Below are positions 17,965 to 27,965 of a stretch of 64,000 nucleotides of DNA, one piece after another. The position numbers were made by a program, and so were the translations under genes. The DNA comes from an uncultured Maricaulis sp. (lineage in GTDB: Bacteria > Pseudomonadota > Alphaproteobacteria > Caulobacterales > Maricaulaceae), in assembly GCA_965242785.1 (NCBI GenBank), contig CBDETA010000001.1, positions 79,444 to 143,443 on the forward strand, given 5' to 3'. How positions within the stretch are numbered: position 1 is the first letter of the stretch; each line of letters opens with the position of its first letter. The notes beneath the pieces were generated by a model. That model saw only the letters and a program-made list of their open reading frames with translations, was not told the origin of the DNA and made no database searches.

Positions 17965-20460
17965 ATGCCTGACACGACGGTTTCCCCTCCTGCGCCCGGC
18001 GCGGTGCTGCCAGACCGGTTTGCGGCCTGGTTTGCGGCGCGCGGCTGGCAGGCGCGGCCGCATCAGCTGGACATGATAACGGCCGACCGGGCCGGCGAGG
18101 ATGCCTTGCTGATCGCGCCCACGGGCGGCGGCAAGACGCTGGGCGGTTTCCTGCCCAGCCTGATCGATCTGGCCGCGCAGACGGAAGGTCAACCGCGCAC
18201 ACGGCCGTACCGCCTCCACACACTCTACATCTCGCCGCTCAAGGCCCTGTCGGTCGATGTCGCCCGCAATCTGATGACACCGGTCAGCGAGATGGGGCTG
18301 GACCTGCGCATCGAAACCCGCACCGGTGATACGTCCGCCTCCAAGCGCCAGCGCCAGCGTGCGCATCCGCCGGACATCCTGCTGACCACGCCGGAACAGC
18401 TCGCCCTGTTCAGCGCAACGGCGAATGCCGAGGCCTTCTTTCGCGATCTCCAGCGCATCGTCATCGACGAAATCCATGCCATCGCCCCGCAAAAGCGCGG
18501 GGACCTGCTCAGCCTCGGCCTGGCCGCGATCGCGCGCTGGGCTCCGCACGCCCGCCGCGCCGGCCTGTCGGCCACGGTGGCAGACGAGGGCGGGCTGGCC
18601 CGCTGGCTGGCGCGCCAGTCCGATCCGGACACTCCCGCCTTTGCCCGCATCGTGAGAGGGCAGAAAGGGGCGGTGCCGCAGGTCGACATCCTCGACCCGG
18701 CCGAACGCATTCCCTGGGCCGGGCATTCCGGCCGCCATGCCATGGCCGATGTCTATGCCCGCATCCGCGAGGCGAAGATGGCGCTGGTCTTCGTCAATAC
18801 GCGCTCGCAGGCGGAAATGACCTTCCAGGAGCTCTGGAACATCAATGACGCCAACCTGCCCATCGCCCTGCATCACGGCTCGCTGGCCCCGGAACAGCGG
18901 CGCAAGGTGGAAGCGGCCATGGCGGCGGGCAAGCTCAAGGCGGTGGTCTGCACGTCCACGCTCGATCTCGGGATTGACTGGGGCGATGTCGATCTGGTGG
19001 TGCAGATGGGCGCACCCAAAGGATCCTCGCGCCTGATCCAGCGTCTGGGTCGGTCCAATCACCGCCTCGATGCGCCCTCACGCGCCCTGCTGGCGCCGAC
19101 GAACCGCTTCGAACACCTGGAATGCGAGGCCGCCCGCGATGCTGTGGCCGCCAACGCCCTGGATGGCGAACCCTTGAAGGCCGGCGCGCTGGACGTGCTG
19201 GCCCAGCACATCATGGGACGCGGCTGTGGCCAGCCCTTCGATGCGGACGATCTCTATGCCGAGATCCGCAGCGCTGCGCCCTATGCCTCGCTCGATCGTG
19301 CGAGATTTGACAAGGTGCTCGATTTCACCGCTACCGGCGGCTACGCGCTGCAGACCTATGACCGTTTCCGCCGTCTGGTGAAGGGGCGCGACGGGCTCTG
19401 GCGCGCCCGCACGCCGCAGATCGCCCAGCGCCACCGGCTCAATGTCGGCACCATCGTGGAAAGCCCGATGCTGGACGTCATCGTCTCCTCGCGCGGACGC
19501 GGCGGCCACCGTCTCGGCCAGGTCGAGGAATGGTTCGTCGACCAGCTGGTGCCGGGTGATACCTTTCTCTTCTCCGGCCAGGTCCTGCGCTTTGAAGGCA
19601 TCGAGGATATGGCGGTTCGGGTCACCCGTTCGGCCGATACCGATCCGCGCATCCCGTCCTACAATGGCGGCAAGTTTCCGCTCTCAACCTTTCTCGCCGA
19701 ACGCGTCCGCGACATGGTCCAGGACCCGGCCCGCTGGGGGCATCTGCCGGGCCAGGTACGCGATTGGCTGTCGCTGCAGCGCCTGCGCTCGCAATTGCCG
19801 CGCGCCGACGGCCTCCTGGTCGAGACCTTCCCGCGCGCGGCCCGCTTCTATCTGGTCTGCTACCCGTTCGAGGGACGTCTGGCGCACCAGACCCTGGGCA
19901 TGCTGCTGACCCGCCGGCTGGAACGCATGCGCCTGCGCCCGATGGGCTTTGTCGCCAATGAATACGCGCTTTCGGTCTGGGGGCTGCGCGATCTGTCCGG
20001 TGTCGATCTCGATGCGCTCTTCGCCGAGGACATGATGGGCGATGATCTCGACGCCTGGCTGGCGGAAAGCCAGCTGATGATGCGCACCTTCCGTAACTGT
20101 GCCCTGATCGCCGGCCTGATCGAGCGCCGCTTTCCCGGCCAGGAAAAGTCCGGACGCCAGGTCACCATGTCCACCGATCTCATCTACAACGTCCTGCGCG
20201 AGCACGAACCGGATCACATCCTGCTCAAGGCCGCCTGGGCGGATGCAGGCACCGGCCTGCTGGACATCCATCGTCTCGGCGCGGCGCTGGCCCGGATCCG
20301 GGGCCATATCACCCATGTCGCTCTCGACCGGATCTCGCCGCTGGCGGTGCCGGTGATGCTGGAGATCGGCAAGGAACCGGTTTACGGCGAGGGCCATGAA
20401 AGCATCCTCGCAGACATTTCGTCCGAGGACCTGATCGCGGAGGCCATGCGGCTTGACTGA
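17965..20460 (+). CDS. Ligase-associated DNA damage response DEXH helicase (Lhr-core)
   Basis: APTGGGKT, DEIH, TTPE, HHGSL, LDLGIDWGDV and QRLGRSNH motifs. Confidence 0.92.
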   Translation: MPDTTVSPPAPGAVLPDRFAAWFAARGWQARPHQLDMITADRAGEDALLIAPTGGGKTLGGFLPSLIDLAAQTEGQPRTRPYRLHTLYISPLKALSVDVARNLMTPVSEMGLDLRIETRTGDTSASKRQRQRAHPPDILLTTPEQLALFSATANAEAFFRDLQRIVIDEIHAIAPQKRGDLLSLGLAAIARWAPHARRAGLSATVADEGGLARWLARQSDPDTPAFARIVRGQKGAVPQVDILDPAERIPWAGHSGRHAMADVYARIREAKMALVFVNTRSQAEMTFQELWNINDANLPIALHHGSLAPEQRRKVEAAMAAGKLKAVVCTSTLDLGIDWGDVDLVVQMGAPKGSSRLIQRLGRSNHRLDAPSRALLAPTNRFEHLECEAARDAVAANALDGEPLKAGALDVLAQHIMGRGCGQPFDADDLYAEIRSAAPYASLDRARFDKVLDFTATGGYALQTYDRFRRLVKGRDGLWRARTPQIAQRHRLNVGTIVESPMLDVIVSSRGRGGHRLGQVEEWFVDQLVPGDTFLFSGQVLRFEGIEDMAVRVTRSADTDPRIPSYNGGKFPLSTFLAERVRDMVQDPARWGHLPGQVRDWLSLQRLRSQLPRADGLLVETFPRAARFYLVCYPFEGRLAHQTLGMLLTRRLERMRLRPMGFVANEYALSVWGLRDLSGVDLDALFAEDMMGDDLDAWLAESQLMMRTFRNCALIAGLIERRFPGQEKSGRQVTMSTDLIYNVLREHEPDHILLKAAWADAGTGLLDIHRLGAALARIRGHITHVALDRISPLAVPVMLEIGKEPVYGEGHESILADISSEDLIAEAMRLD

Positions 20461-21166
20461 CATCGCCCCGGACAAGACCCACGGCTTTGCCTTCCGGCTC
20501 GCAGGGATCACCGCCTTTGCCGATCGCAGCGGCGCCCTGGTGCTGCCGTCCGCCTCGACCCTCATTGTCTCCGACCTGCACTTTGAAAAGGGCTCGGCCT
20601 TTGCGGTTAAGGGTCAGATGCTGCCGCCCTATGACACCCGCACCACGCTGCGCCAGCTGGCGGCAGTGATCGCCCACCACCTGCCCGACACGGTCATCGC
20701 CCTGGGTGACAGCTTCCACGATCTGGGCGCGGACGGGCGCATGCATGATGCCGACGCCGAGACGCTCCAGCGGCTGGTCTCATCGGTCAGCCGGTGGATC
20801 TGGATCGAGGGCAATCACGATCCGGCCCCGCCGCCGCGCTTCGGCGGTGAAATCCGCGAGACGGTCGAACAAGCCGGCCTGACCTTCCGCCACGAACCCA
20901 CCGAGGGTCCGGCCCCCGGCGAAGTCGCCGGCCATCTCCACCCCTGTGCCAAGGTCCGCCGCTCCGGCCGATCGGTCCGGGCCCGCTGTTTCGCCACCGA
21001 TGGCGAACGCCTCGTGATGCCGGCCTTCGGCGCTTTCACCGGCGGGCTGAATGTGCGGGATGAGGCCTTTTCGCGCTGTTTCGGCACCACGCCGGACGCG
21101 CTGGTGATGGGCCGTAGCCGGGTCTATCCGGTCGCGGGCAAGACCTGTGTGGCAGACCGGATCTAG
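20453..21166 (+). CDS. pdeM: Ligase-associated metallophosphoesterase/endonuclease (MPE)
   Basis: SDLHFEKG, LGDSFHD, GNHD, GHLHP and PAFGAFTGG motifs; overlaps the helicase stop. Confidence 0.9.
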   Translation: MTDIAPDKTHGFAFRLAGITAFADRSGALVLPSASTLIVSDLHFEKGSAFAVKGQMLPPYDTRTTLRQLAAVIAHHLPDTVIALGDSFHDLGADGRMHDADAETLQRLVSSVSRWIWIEGNHDPAPPPRFGGEIRETVEQAGLTFRHEPTEGPAPGEVAGHLHPCAKVRRSGRSVRARCFATDGERLVMPAFGAFTGGLNVRDEAFSRCFGTTPDALVMGRSRVYPVAGKTCVADRI

Positions 21167-21912
21167 CGCCGGCTGAAGGCCACATTCGCCAGATAGCCCG
21201 CACCCATCGCCAGGATCACGCAGATCAGGCCATAGCTCCAGGGCCGCTCGTGGGCGAGGTCGTAGACAAAGCGCTCCAGCCCGGCCTTCTCCACGCGCAG
21301 GCTGGCCGAGCGGCTGGCGATGACGCGGCCGCTGCGGAACAGATAGACATCGGCGACATAATTGCCGACCGGCGTCAGCGGCGGCAGGCTGATCGTCGCG
21401 CGGAACAGGCCGCCATCCAGCACTTCCACGCCGCGCTGAGCCTCGGCAAACAGGGCATTGCGCTGGCCGGCGCGCTCGATCGCGGCGAGATAGGCTTGCG
21501 GGTCGTCCGCCGTGCTGGGCGGGTTCTCGCCGAGCAGGGCCGGCAGTCCGATACCGCTCAACCGGAGTTCATCCTCTGTCGCGATATCTTCCAATGGCAG
21601 GGAGGTGGCGATGGCGTAGTAGGCGGGCACGCCAGAGAATTCGACCGGATCGGAATTCACCCAGATGCCGAAATTCCGGGATTTGCGCATGACACGAAGG
21701 TCGCGCGCCGGGCCGCGCAGGACGACGACGATCTCGTCACGAATGGTCAGCCCGCGCGTGGCGCCGTACAGGACCAGCTCCATGCCCGAGAAGTCCTCGC
21801 GGATCTCGACGGTTTCATGCGTCAGTGCCGCCACGATGCTGGGCGGTTCGTTCGCGATGAACACCGGTTGCTGACCTTGCAGCGTCATCATCATGAGCAG
21901 GACAGCCAGCAT
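21163..21912 (-). CDS. TIGR02186 family membrane protein
   Basis: FSGMELVLYGA, GIWVN and KAGLERFVY motifs; downstream of tauE. Confidence 0.85.
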   Translation of the reverse strand: MLAVLLMMMTLQGQQPVFIANEPPSIVAALTHETVEIREDFSGMELVLYGATRGLTIRDEIVVVLRGPARDLRVMRKSRNFGIWVNSDPVEFSGVPAYYAIATSLPLEDIATEDELRLSGIGLPALLGENPPSTADDPQAYLAAIERAGQRNALFAEAQRGVEVLDGGLFRATISLPPLTPVGNYVADVYLFRSGRVIASRSASLRVEKAGLERFVYDLAHERPWSYGLICVILAMGAGYLANVAFSRR

Positions 21913-22851
21913 TCAGTGACCCTCCTCACCGACGGGAAGCACGACAAAGAGATCGGCCGGTGTCACCACCAGATCCCAACCCAGCTTGAGGCAAACCGCC
22001 AGCACCATGAAGGCCAGCAGGGCGCGTAGTTCCTCGGCCTTGATCCGGCGTCCTGCGCGGGCCCCGAACTGGGCGCCGATGACACCACCGAATGTCAGCA
22101 GCATCGCCAGCACGATATCGACCGTCTGGTTCTGGCCAGCTTGCAGCAATGTGGTCAGCGCCGTGACGAACAGGATCTGGAACAGGGAGGTGCCGACGAC
22201 GACATTGGTCGGCATGCGAAGAATGTAGATCATGGCCGGCACCATGACGAAACCGCCGCCCACGCCCATGATGGCGGCCAGCGTGCCGACAAAAAATCCG
22301 ATCGCGATGGGCGGAATGATCGAGATGTAGAGGCCCGAGGCCGCGAACCGCATTTTCAACGGCAGGCGGTCGATCCAGGTCCGCTTGCGCCGGCCGCCGC
22401 TGTTTGAGCGGTTGGCTGCGTCCGGATTGCGCGCACGCAGGATTGCGCGAACGCTTTCAAAGAACATCAGCCCGCCGACAATCCCCAGAAACCCCACATA
22501 GCTGAGCGAGATGATAAGATCGATCTGGCCGAGGGAACGCAGGAAAGCAAACAACTGCACCCCGAACACCGATCCGGATGCGCCGCCGACCAGCAGCAGG
22601 CAGCCCATCTTGATGTCGAGGGATTTGCGTCGCCAATGCGCCAGCGCCCCCGACGCCGAGGACGCCACGATCTGGTTGGCTTCGGTTGAGACGGCAACAG
22701 CCGGCGGAATGCCGATGAACATCAGGAGCGGGGTCATCAGGAAACCGCCGCCAACGCCGAACATGCCCGACAGGAAACCGACGCCAGCGCCCAATCCGAG
22801 CAACAAGAAGATGTTGACTGAGATTTCCGCGATCGGGAGGTAGATCTGCAC
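21913..22851 (-). CDS. TauE/SafE family sulfite exporter
   Basis: GMFGVGGGFLMTP and GVGGGFVMVP repeats. Confidence 0.9.
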   Translation of the reverse strand: MQIYLPIAEISVNIFLLLGLGAGVGFLSGMFGVGGGFLMTPLLMFIGIPPAVAVSTEANQIVASSASGALAHWRRKSLDIKMGCLLLVGGASGSVFGVQLFAFLRSLGQIDLIISLSYVGFLGIVGGLMFFESVRAILRARNPDAANRSNSGGRRKRTWIDRLPLKMRFAASGLYISIIPPIAIGFFVGTLAAIMGVGGGFVMVPAMIYILRMPTNVVVGTSLFQILFVTALTTLLQAGQNQTVDIVLAMLLTFGGVIGAQFGARAGRRIKAEELRALLAFMVLAVCLKLGWDLVVTPADLFVVLPVGEEGH

Positions 22852-22858
22852 CGCCGGA

Positions 22859-25800
22859 CTAGCCCGCCGCGGCGCGTTCCAGCCGTTCGATCAGAACGGT
22901 GTCGACGCGTCCGGTGCGGGGCAGTCCCATATCGGCCTCGAATTGCATGATCGCCTGGCGGGTGCGCTCACCCATTTCCCCGTCGATCGGCCCCGGGCTG
23001 TAACCCAGCACCGAGAGGAAGCCCTGGGCCCGGCGGACTTCCACCGTATTGGTCGTGGCGACGCGCTCCCAGGGGCGTTCGGAATAGATGCCATTCGCCT
23101 CGCCATCCAGCGGGCGCGGCGTGAAGCCGGCAATGACGGCCTGGGCGGCAGCCAGTGCATCCGGCTCCAGCTGGGCTTCCAGCGTCATGGCACGCTCGCG
23201 CGCCGTCGGGTCATCGCTGCCATTGGCGGCGATCATGAACCAGGCATAGGCATCCGGCAGGCTCAGCGGCACACCGTCGCCGGTCTCGTACAAGAGGGCG
23301 AGATTGAACTGGCTGTCCCGCAATCCGAGCAAGGCGGCCTCCTGGAACCAGCGCGCGGCCGTTTCCAGGTTCTCGGCCGCGCCGGTGCCATAATAGTACA
23401 TCACACCCAGATTGTGCATGGCCCGGCGGTGGCCGGCATTGGCGGCGCGCTCGGTCCAGCGGCGGGCGGCTTCCAGGTCCTGCGGTACGCCTTCACCGGT
23501 CTCCAGCAGCTTGGCATAGCGGTACTGCGCCGCTGGCACGCCCTGTTCGGCAGCCCGACGCAGCAGGATGGCGGCATTCTCGGCATTGCCCGCTTCCAGC
23601 GTCTGCATGCCCAGCAGATATCGCGCGACCGGATGACCGTCCGACGCCGCGCGCTCCAGCGTCGCCGGACCATTGCGGCCGGACGTCGTCGGGACCGGCT
23701 GCGGTTCCGGCTCGACCGATGCCGTCGGCATGACCGTGGCAGACAGGTCGGCGACCTGGTTGGCCGGCGGTGTGGTGGGCGCGGTCTCGACCGGGCGCTG
23801 GGCGGCGGGGGTGGCCTCTGCCATCTGCGTCGGCGTTTCGACGACGCCCGCTCCGGGGTTTTCGGCCGGCGTCTCCTGTGCCGGAGCGGCTGCAGGCTGG
23901 TCGGACAGCCCGGCCTCGACCTGGGCGATGAAGGAGCGTTCCGTCTCCGCTGCCACGGTTTGGCGCTCGGCCTCGCCGCGCGAGGCTTCCCAGAACAACA
24001 GCGCGCCCGCACCGGTCAGCATCACCAACGCGACGACGGGCAGGGTGTAGAGCAGGGTGCGGCCAAAGCGCGACGGCTTGGCGGATTGCGGCGCGGAGGA
24101 TGCCGCGTGGGCGTGGGACGGCTGGCCCGGATTGCGTGTGCGTTCACGCGCTGCGGCCAGGAAATCGGCATCGGCTGTCGCACCCAGTCGTCCGGACGGA
24201 CGAGCGGGTTGGGCCGGCTGGGCCGGACGCGGGGCAGCGGCTTCCGCCTGCCGGGGTTGGGGCGCGGGTTGCAGCACCATGCGCGCGGCATCAGCCACCG
24301 CTTCCGCACACGGCGCGGCTGGCTTTTCGCGCAACACCGGTTTGGCAGGCGCAGCGGCCGCCGGCGCTTCCGCTTCCGCCAGGAAGGGATCAAATTCGTC
24401 GTCGTCCACGCCCTTGGGCGTTTCCGCTTGCGGCGGCGGCGACAACGGCGTGTCGAAATCGAAATCGTCTTCCGCCGAGGTCTTGGCCTTGGACGCCGCT
24501 TCCGGCTTCGTGTCGGCTCTCGGCTTGTCTTCGTCCGGCGCGTCGCGCTTCTCGATTGCCTCCAGTCGGTCGGCCAGGGCCGACATGGCCCGCTGCACCG
24601 GGGACAGGGCTTCTTCGGTCTGGGTTTTCACCGAGGCCATGCGTTCCTGCACGCTGCCCAGGGCCTGTTCGATCCGCTGGGCGGTCCGCTCTTCGGACTG
24701 GCGCAGCCGGTCTTCCAGGTCTTCTTCGCGCGCCGTGCGCCCGGCATCGATCTTGTCGAGCACCTGTGCCATGCGGTCGGTCGCATTCTCGATGACCGCG
24801 TTCGAGCGCGCTTCGGACTTCTCGATCCGGTCCGCCAGCGAACGGCCCAGACGTGTAACATCCTCACCCATGCGGCGGATGGCGTCGCGGCTTTCCTGGC
24901 GCACCTCGTCCAGGCGGCGCTCCAGCTTCTGCTCGTTCTGGTTCTCGCGTAGGGCTTCGGCCGAACGACGCTCGCTCTCGGTCAGGCGGCGGTCGATGGC
25001 GCCGGCCAGCTTGGTGATCTCCTGGCCCAGGCGGGACATGGAATCGCCCTGGCGGCGCTCGGCGTCGTCGATCCGGCCCAGCGCCCGGGTCAGGGCGTCT
25101 TCCAGCCGGTCAAGGCGCGGCTCTGACGCTGCACCGGACACAGCCTTGGCCATCTGTGCGCGGGTATCCGCGATGACGCGCGCCACATCTTCCGACAGGC
25201 GCTCGAAGCGACGCTCCAGATCGACCGTGTCACTGGAATTGCGTGTCTCCATGTGACGCAGGCGTTCGTCCAGGCGCAGCACGGCGCTCTCCAGCGAGCG
25301 GGCGGCTTCATTGGTGACGCGTTCGGCGCCTTCAACCCGCGCCTTCAGCGCTTCGGTGGTCGATTGCAGCTGGCCGATATTGTCGATCGTGCGGTCCTGC
25401 CGCTTGCGATCGAGCTCGGCATAGTCGTCGGCGCGGGATTCCAGTCGCGCCAGCCGCGCTTCCAGCGATTCCGCGATCGAGCGGCTGTCCTCGTCCACGG
25501 AATGCAGGCGGGCCGCCGTATCGTTCTCGTGCTCGTACAGCCGCCGGGCCAGCTTCATGATCGTGGTCTCCACGGCTGCCGTGTCGGTAGCACCGGCCGG
25601 GCCTGTGGATTCCAGCGTGCGGATACGGTCCGTCAGGTCATCCTGCGACTTGCGCACCTTGCCCAGCGAGTCCTGCGTGGCGGCCAGTTCGGCACTGGTG
25701 CGTTCGCTGGTTCGGGTGATCTTGTCGGCGAGCTGGGAGATCGCCTTGTCCAGGCCGGTCAGTGTGCGGGCGGAGCGTTGTTCGGAGCTTTCCACCCGTT

Positions 25801-26047
25801 CGGTCAGCCGGTTGACCATGGCGCGCAGGAGGCGGTCATCCTCCTCGTTCAGCGAGCTGGCTCCGCCAAAGCCCGGAAAGGCTTCCAGCGCATCATCCCA
25901 CTCGGCCTTGGCCGGGTCGCTGTCTTCCAGGATGACGCGATTGATCCATTCGCCCAGCGTGACGCCTTCCCGGCGCGCAGCTGTTTTGGCCCGCGCCCGG
26001 GCGCGGGGATCGATCCCTTTCACGCTCCATGGACCACTGGACGACAT
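22859..26047 (-). CDS. podJ: Polar organelle development protein PodJ
   Basis: PWSVKGID...GxTLGEWxNR N-terminus, long coiled coil, Pro/Ala linker, TM, SEL1 repeats, C-terminal PG-binding domain; tauE synteny. Confidence 0.88.
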   Translation of the reverse strand: MSSSGPWSVKGIDPRARARAKTAARREGVTLGEWINRVILEDSDPAKAEWDDALEAFPGFGGASSLNEEDDRLLRAMVNRLTERVESSEQRSARTLTGLDKAISQLADKITRTSERTSAELAATQDSLGKVRKSQDDLTDRIRTLESTGPAGATDTAAVETTIMKLARRLYEHENDTAARLHSVDEDSRSIAESLEARLARLESRADDYAELDRKRQDRTIDNIGQLQSTTEALKARVEGAERVTNEAARSLESAVLRLDERLRHMETRNSSDTVDLERRFERLSEDVARVIADTRAQMAKAVSGAASEPRLDRLEDALTRALGRIDDAERRQGDSMSRLGQEITKLAGAIDRRLTESERRSAEALRENQNEQKLERRLDEVRQESRDAIRRMGEDVTRLGRSLADRIEKSEARSNAVIENATDRMAQVLDKIDAGRTAREEDLEDRLRQSEERTAQRIEQALGSVQERMASVKTQTEEALSPVQRAMSALADRLEAIEKRDAPDEDKPRADTKPEAASKAKTSAEDDFDFDTPLSPPPQAETPKGVDDDEFDPFLAEAEAPAAAAPAKPVLREKPAAPCAEAVADAARMVLQPAPQPRQAEAAAPRPAQPAQPARPSGRLGATADADFLAAARERTRNPGQPSHAHAASSAPQSAKPSRFGRTLLYTLPVVALVMLTGAGALLFWEASRGEAERQTVAAETERSFIAQVEAGLSDQPAAAPAQETPAENPGAGVVETPTQMAEATPAAQRPVETAPTTPPANQVADLSATVMPTASVEPEPQPVPTTSGRNGPATLERAASDGHPVARYLLGMQTLEAGNAENAAILLRRAAEQGVPAAQYRYAKLLETGEGVPQDLEAARRWTERAANAGHRRAMHNLGVMYYYGTGAAENLETAARWFQEAALLGLRDSQFNLALLYETGDGVPLSLPDAYAWFMIAANGSDDPTARERAMTLEAQLEPDALAAAQAVIAGFTPRPLDGEANGIYSERPWERVATTNTVEVRRAQGFLSVLGYSPGPIDGEMGERTRQAIMQFEADMGLPRTGRVDTVLIERLERAAAG

Positions 26048-26091
26048 TCCGAATCGCTCGCTCACTGCAACCGCTGAACGCTATTCTGCGG

Positions 26092-26229
26092 TTAATATTG
26101 TGTAAACCAACCGGGCGGACCCAATATGTGGTGTTTCCACACCGAATCTCAGGGATCGAGTCGCGCACGAATTTCCTGAGTCCTCACAAGGCTCTGACTC
26201 GGTTAATGCCGGCTTAAATCTGTGGACAA
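26092..26229 (-). promoter_or_regulatory. podJ regulatory region: CtrA box, DnaA box, clustered GANTC sites
   Basis: TTAA-N7-TTAA at 26203-26217; TTAA-N7-TAAA at 26092-26106; TTGTCCACA (reverse) at 26221-26229; several GANTC sites. Confidence 0.7.
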
Positions 26230-26235
26230 GTCGGG

Positions 26236-27861
26236 TTATCGGGCTGTGATCGGGCCGAAGAATCCGGGGGCAAGTGTCTGCAGCTGTTCACGCATTGCGG
26301 ATGCTTCCCGTGACGGGGGTAATTCGGACGAGCCCGGCAATCCCAGGGCGATTTCAAACAGCAGCCAGGCCGATTCCACGTCATCCTGCGAAGCCGCATA
26401 GCGACCGGCATGCCAGTAAACCAGTGGCGCAAACGGGTCGGCTTCGGCGCTGGCGGCAAACAGCGCCATCGGATCCAGCTCGGCCATGGCGTCGGGGGTG
26501 TTTGCGCGTTCGGTGGCCAGGGCTTGGGCGGCCAGAAGATTGGCGGCCCCGCCGGCATAGCCCGTGCGGTGCAGATGCTGGCGAAGCGTGGCCAGCGCGG
26601 CCAAGCGGTCGCGCGGCAGCTGGGCCAGTGCTTCCATCAGCGCTTCGAAATCGGCATTGCCCAGGCCCGCGGCGGCAATCTGGGCCATCCGGGTGCAGGC
26701 CGGGTCGGTGCTGGTTGCGCGGCACGGGCCGGAATGGTGGGCAATCTGATAGAGCGACAGATAGGCGCCGGCATAGTCCGCACGCCGCTGGGCCGCCTCG
26801 GAGGCCGCGGCGAGGGTTGAGCTGGTCGGTGCCTCGGCTGTCGGCGCCTGCAGGGCGGACAGGCCGGCGGCGATCAGGCGGGCGGTCGGACTGCCGGTAT
26901 CAGCATAGCCCTCGGCGGCAACAGCCGGCACGTTCTCGGGCCAGGGAAAGGCGGCTTCGCCCGCGCTCGTGCTCAGCCGGGTCCAGGTCTCGCGCCGGCC
27001 ATCCGGGCTCGACGGGCTGAATACCAGAAAGCTGAAGCGGGACGGGATGCCCGCCTCGACCGGCATCGCATCCAGCGCATCGGGATGGATGGGCAGGGCA
27101 TGGCGTATCCAGGACTTGAACAGTGCCGCTTCGGCGGGCGTGCCCGTGTCGTCGGCATCAAACCCGAAAATCTCGCTGCCCAGCGGATCGCGTCGCACGG
27201 CGACATGGCCGTTATCGCTTTCGCTGACTGCCATCGTGACCGGGGACAGGCGGACGCCCATGGCGGCCTCGATCCAGAAGCGCTCGAACAGGCTGCCGCC
27301 GGGACCGGTGACCTCGTCCAACTCCCCGCCGCGGGTGAAATAGGCAAAAGTGTTCACCTGCCGGTGCACATGCGCCACGATCGGCCGGTTCTGCATCACC
27401 GGCCCCCCCGGCGACTGGATGCGGCTGAGGATCCGGCCGAGCGCAAAGTCGTAGACGGCGTTCTGTTCGCTGCCCGGTTCGGTGACATAGCCGTCGCCGA
27501 TCAGGATTTCACGCTGGGTCGCGTCCAGGGGCGTGCCGTCCAGCGTTGCGGTTTCGACGCGCCAGCGCATCCGGCGCACCGGCGCCAGACCGGCAGCGGT
27601 GGCGGTGTCCTCCTCCTGTGGTGTTTCGACCGCCGAACTGCCGGATCGCAAGGCCAGATAGGCCTCCCGCCCCAGCCAGGGGCCGGCCGGAGCGCGGGGC
27701 GCGGGCGATGCCTCGGCCTCGCCGTTTTGAGGTGTTTCGCTGGCCGGGGCCAGGATGGAAAAGCCCGGGTCCGGCGTGTCCTGTGCCGGCGCAGACGGGC
27801 TCAGGGTGAGGGCCGTCAGCATTGCAGCGGCAACAGACAGGAACGAAGTGTGTGTCGTCAT
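26236..27861 (-). CDS. Large secreted hypothetical protein
   Basis: Signal peptide (…APA-QD); GC3-rich codon usage; no recognised family. Confidence 0.65.
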   Translation of the reverse strand: MTTHTSFLSVAAAMLTALTLSPSAPAQDTPDPGFSILAPASETPQNGEAEASPAPRAPAGPWLGREAYLALRSGSSAVETPQEEDTATAAGLAPVRRMRWRVETATLDGTPLDATQREILIGDGYVTEPGSEQNAVYDFALGRILSRIQSPGGPVMQNRPIVAHVHRQVNTFAYFTRGGELDEVTGPGGSLFERFWIEAAMGVRLSPVTMAVSESDNGHVAVRRDPLGSEIFGFDADDTGTPAEAALFKSWIRHALPIHPDALDAMPVEAGIPSRFSFLVFSPSSPDGRRETWTRLSTSAGEAAFPWPENVPAVAAEGYADTGSPTARLIAAGLSALQAPTAEAPTSSTLAAASEAAQRRADYAGAYLSLYQIAHHSGPCRATSTDPACTRMAQIAAAGLGNADFEALMEALAQLPRDRLAALATLRQHLHRTGYAGGAANLLAAQALATERANTPDAMAELDPMALFAASAEADPFAPLVYWHAGRYAASQDDVESAWLLFEIALGLPGSSELPPSREASAMREQLQTLAPGFFGPITAR

Positions 27862-27940
27862 GGGCACCAGCTTGCCGTGAGCTGGTTCCGGATGGAAGGG
27901 GAAAGCACGGTCGCCCGTGAAATCGCCGCCTGTTATATCT

Positions 27941-27962
27941 TTGACGTTGACGTTCGCGTAAG
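27941..27962. promoter_or_regulatory. LiuR-type MerR operator
   Basis: TTGACGTTGACGTTCGCGTAAG contains overlapping ACGT-N2-ACGT half sites, directly upstream of the MerR gene. Confidence 0.6.
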
Positions 27963-27965
27963 TTT

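Noticed and set aside
23650-24500. Pro/Ala/Glu-rich quasi-repeats in podJ (and at 45970-46260)
   Set aside because: Ordinary disordered linker composition; no nucleotide-level tandem repeat
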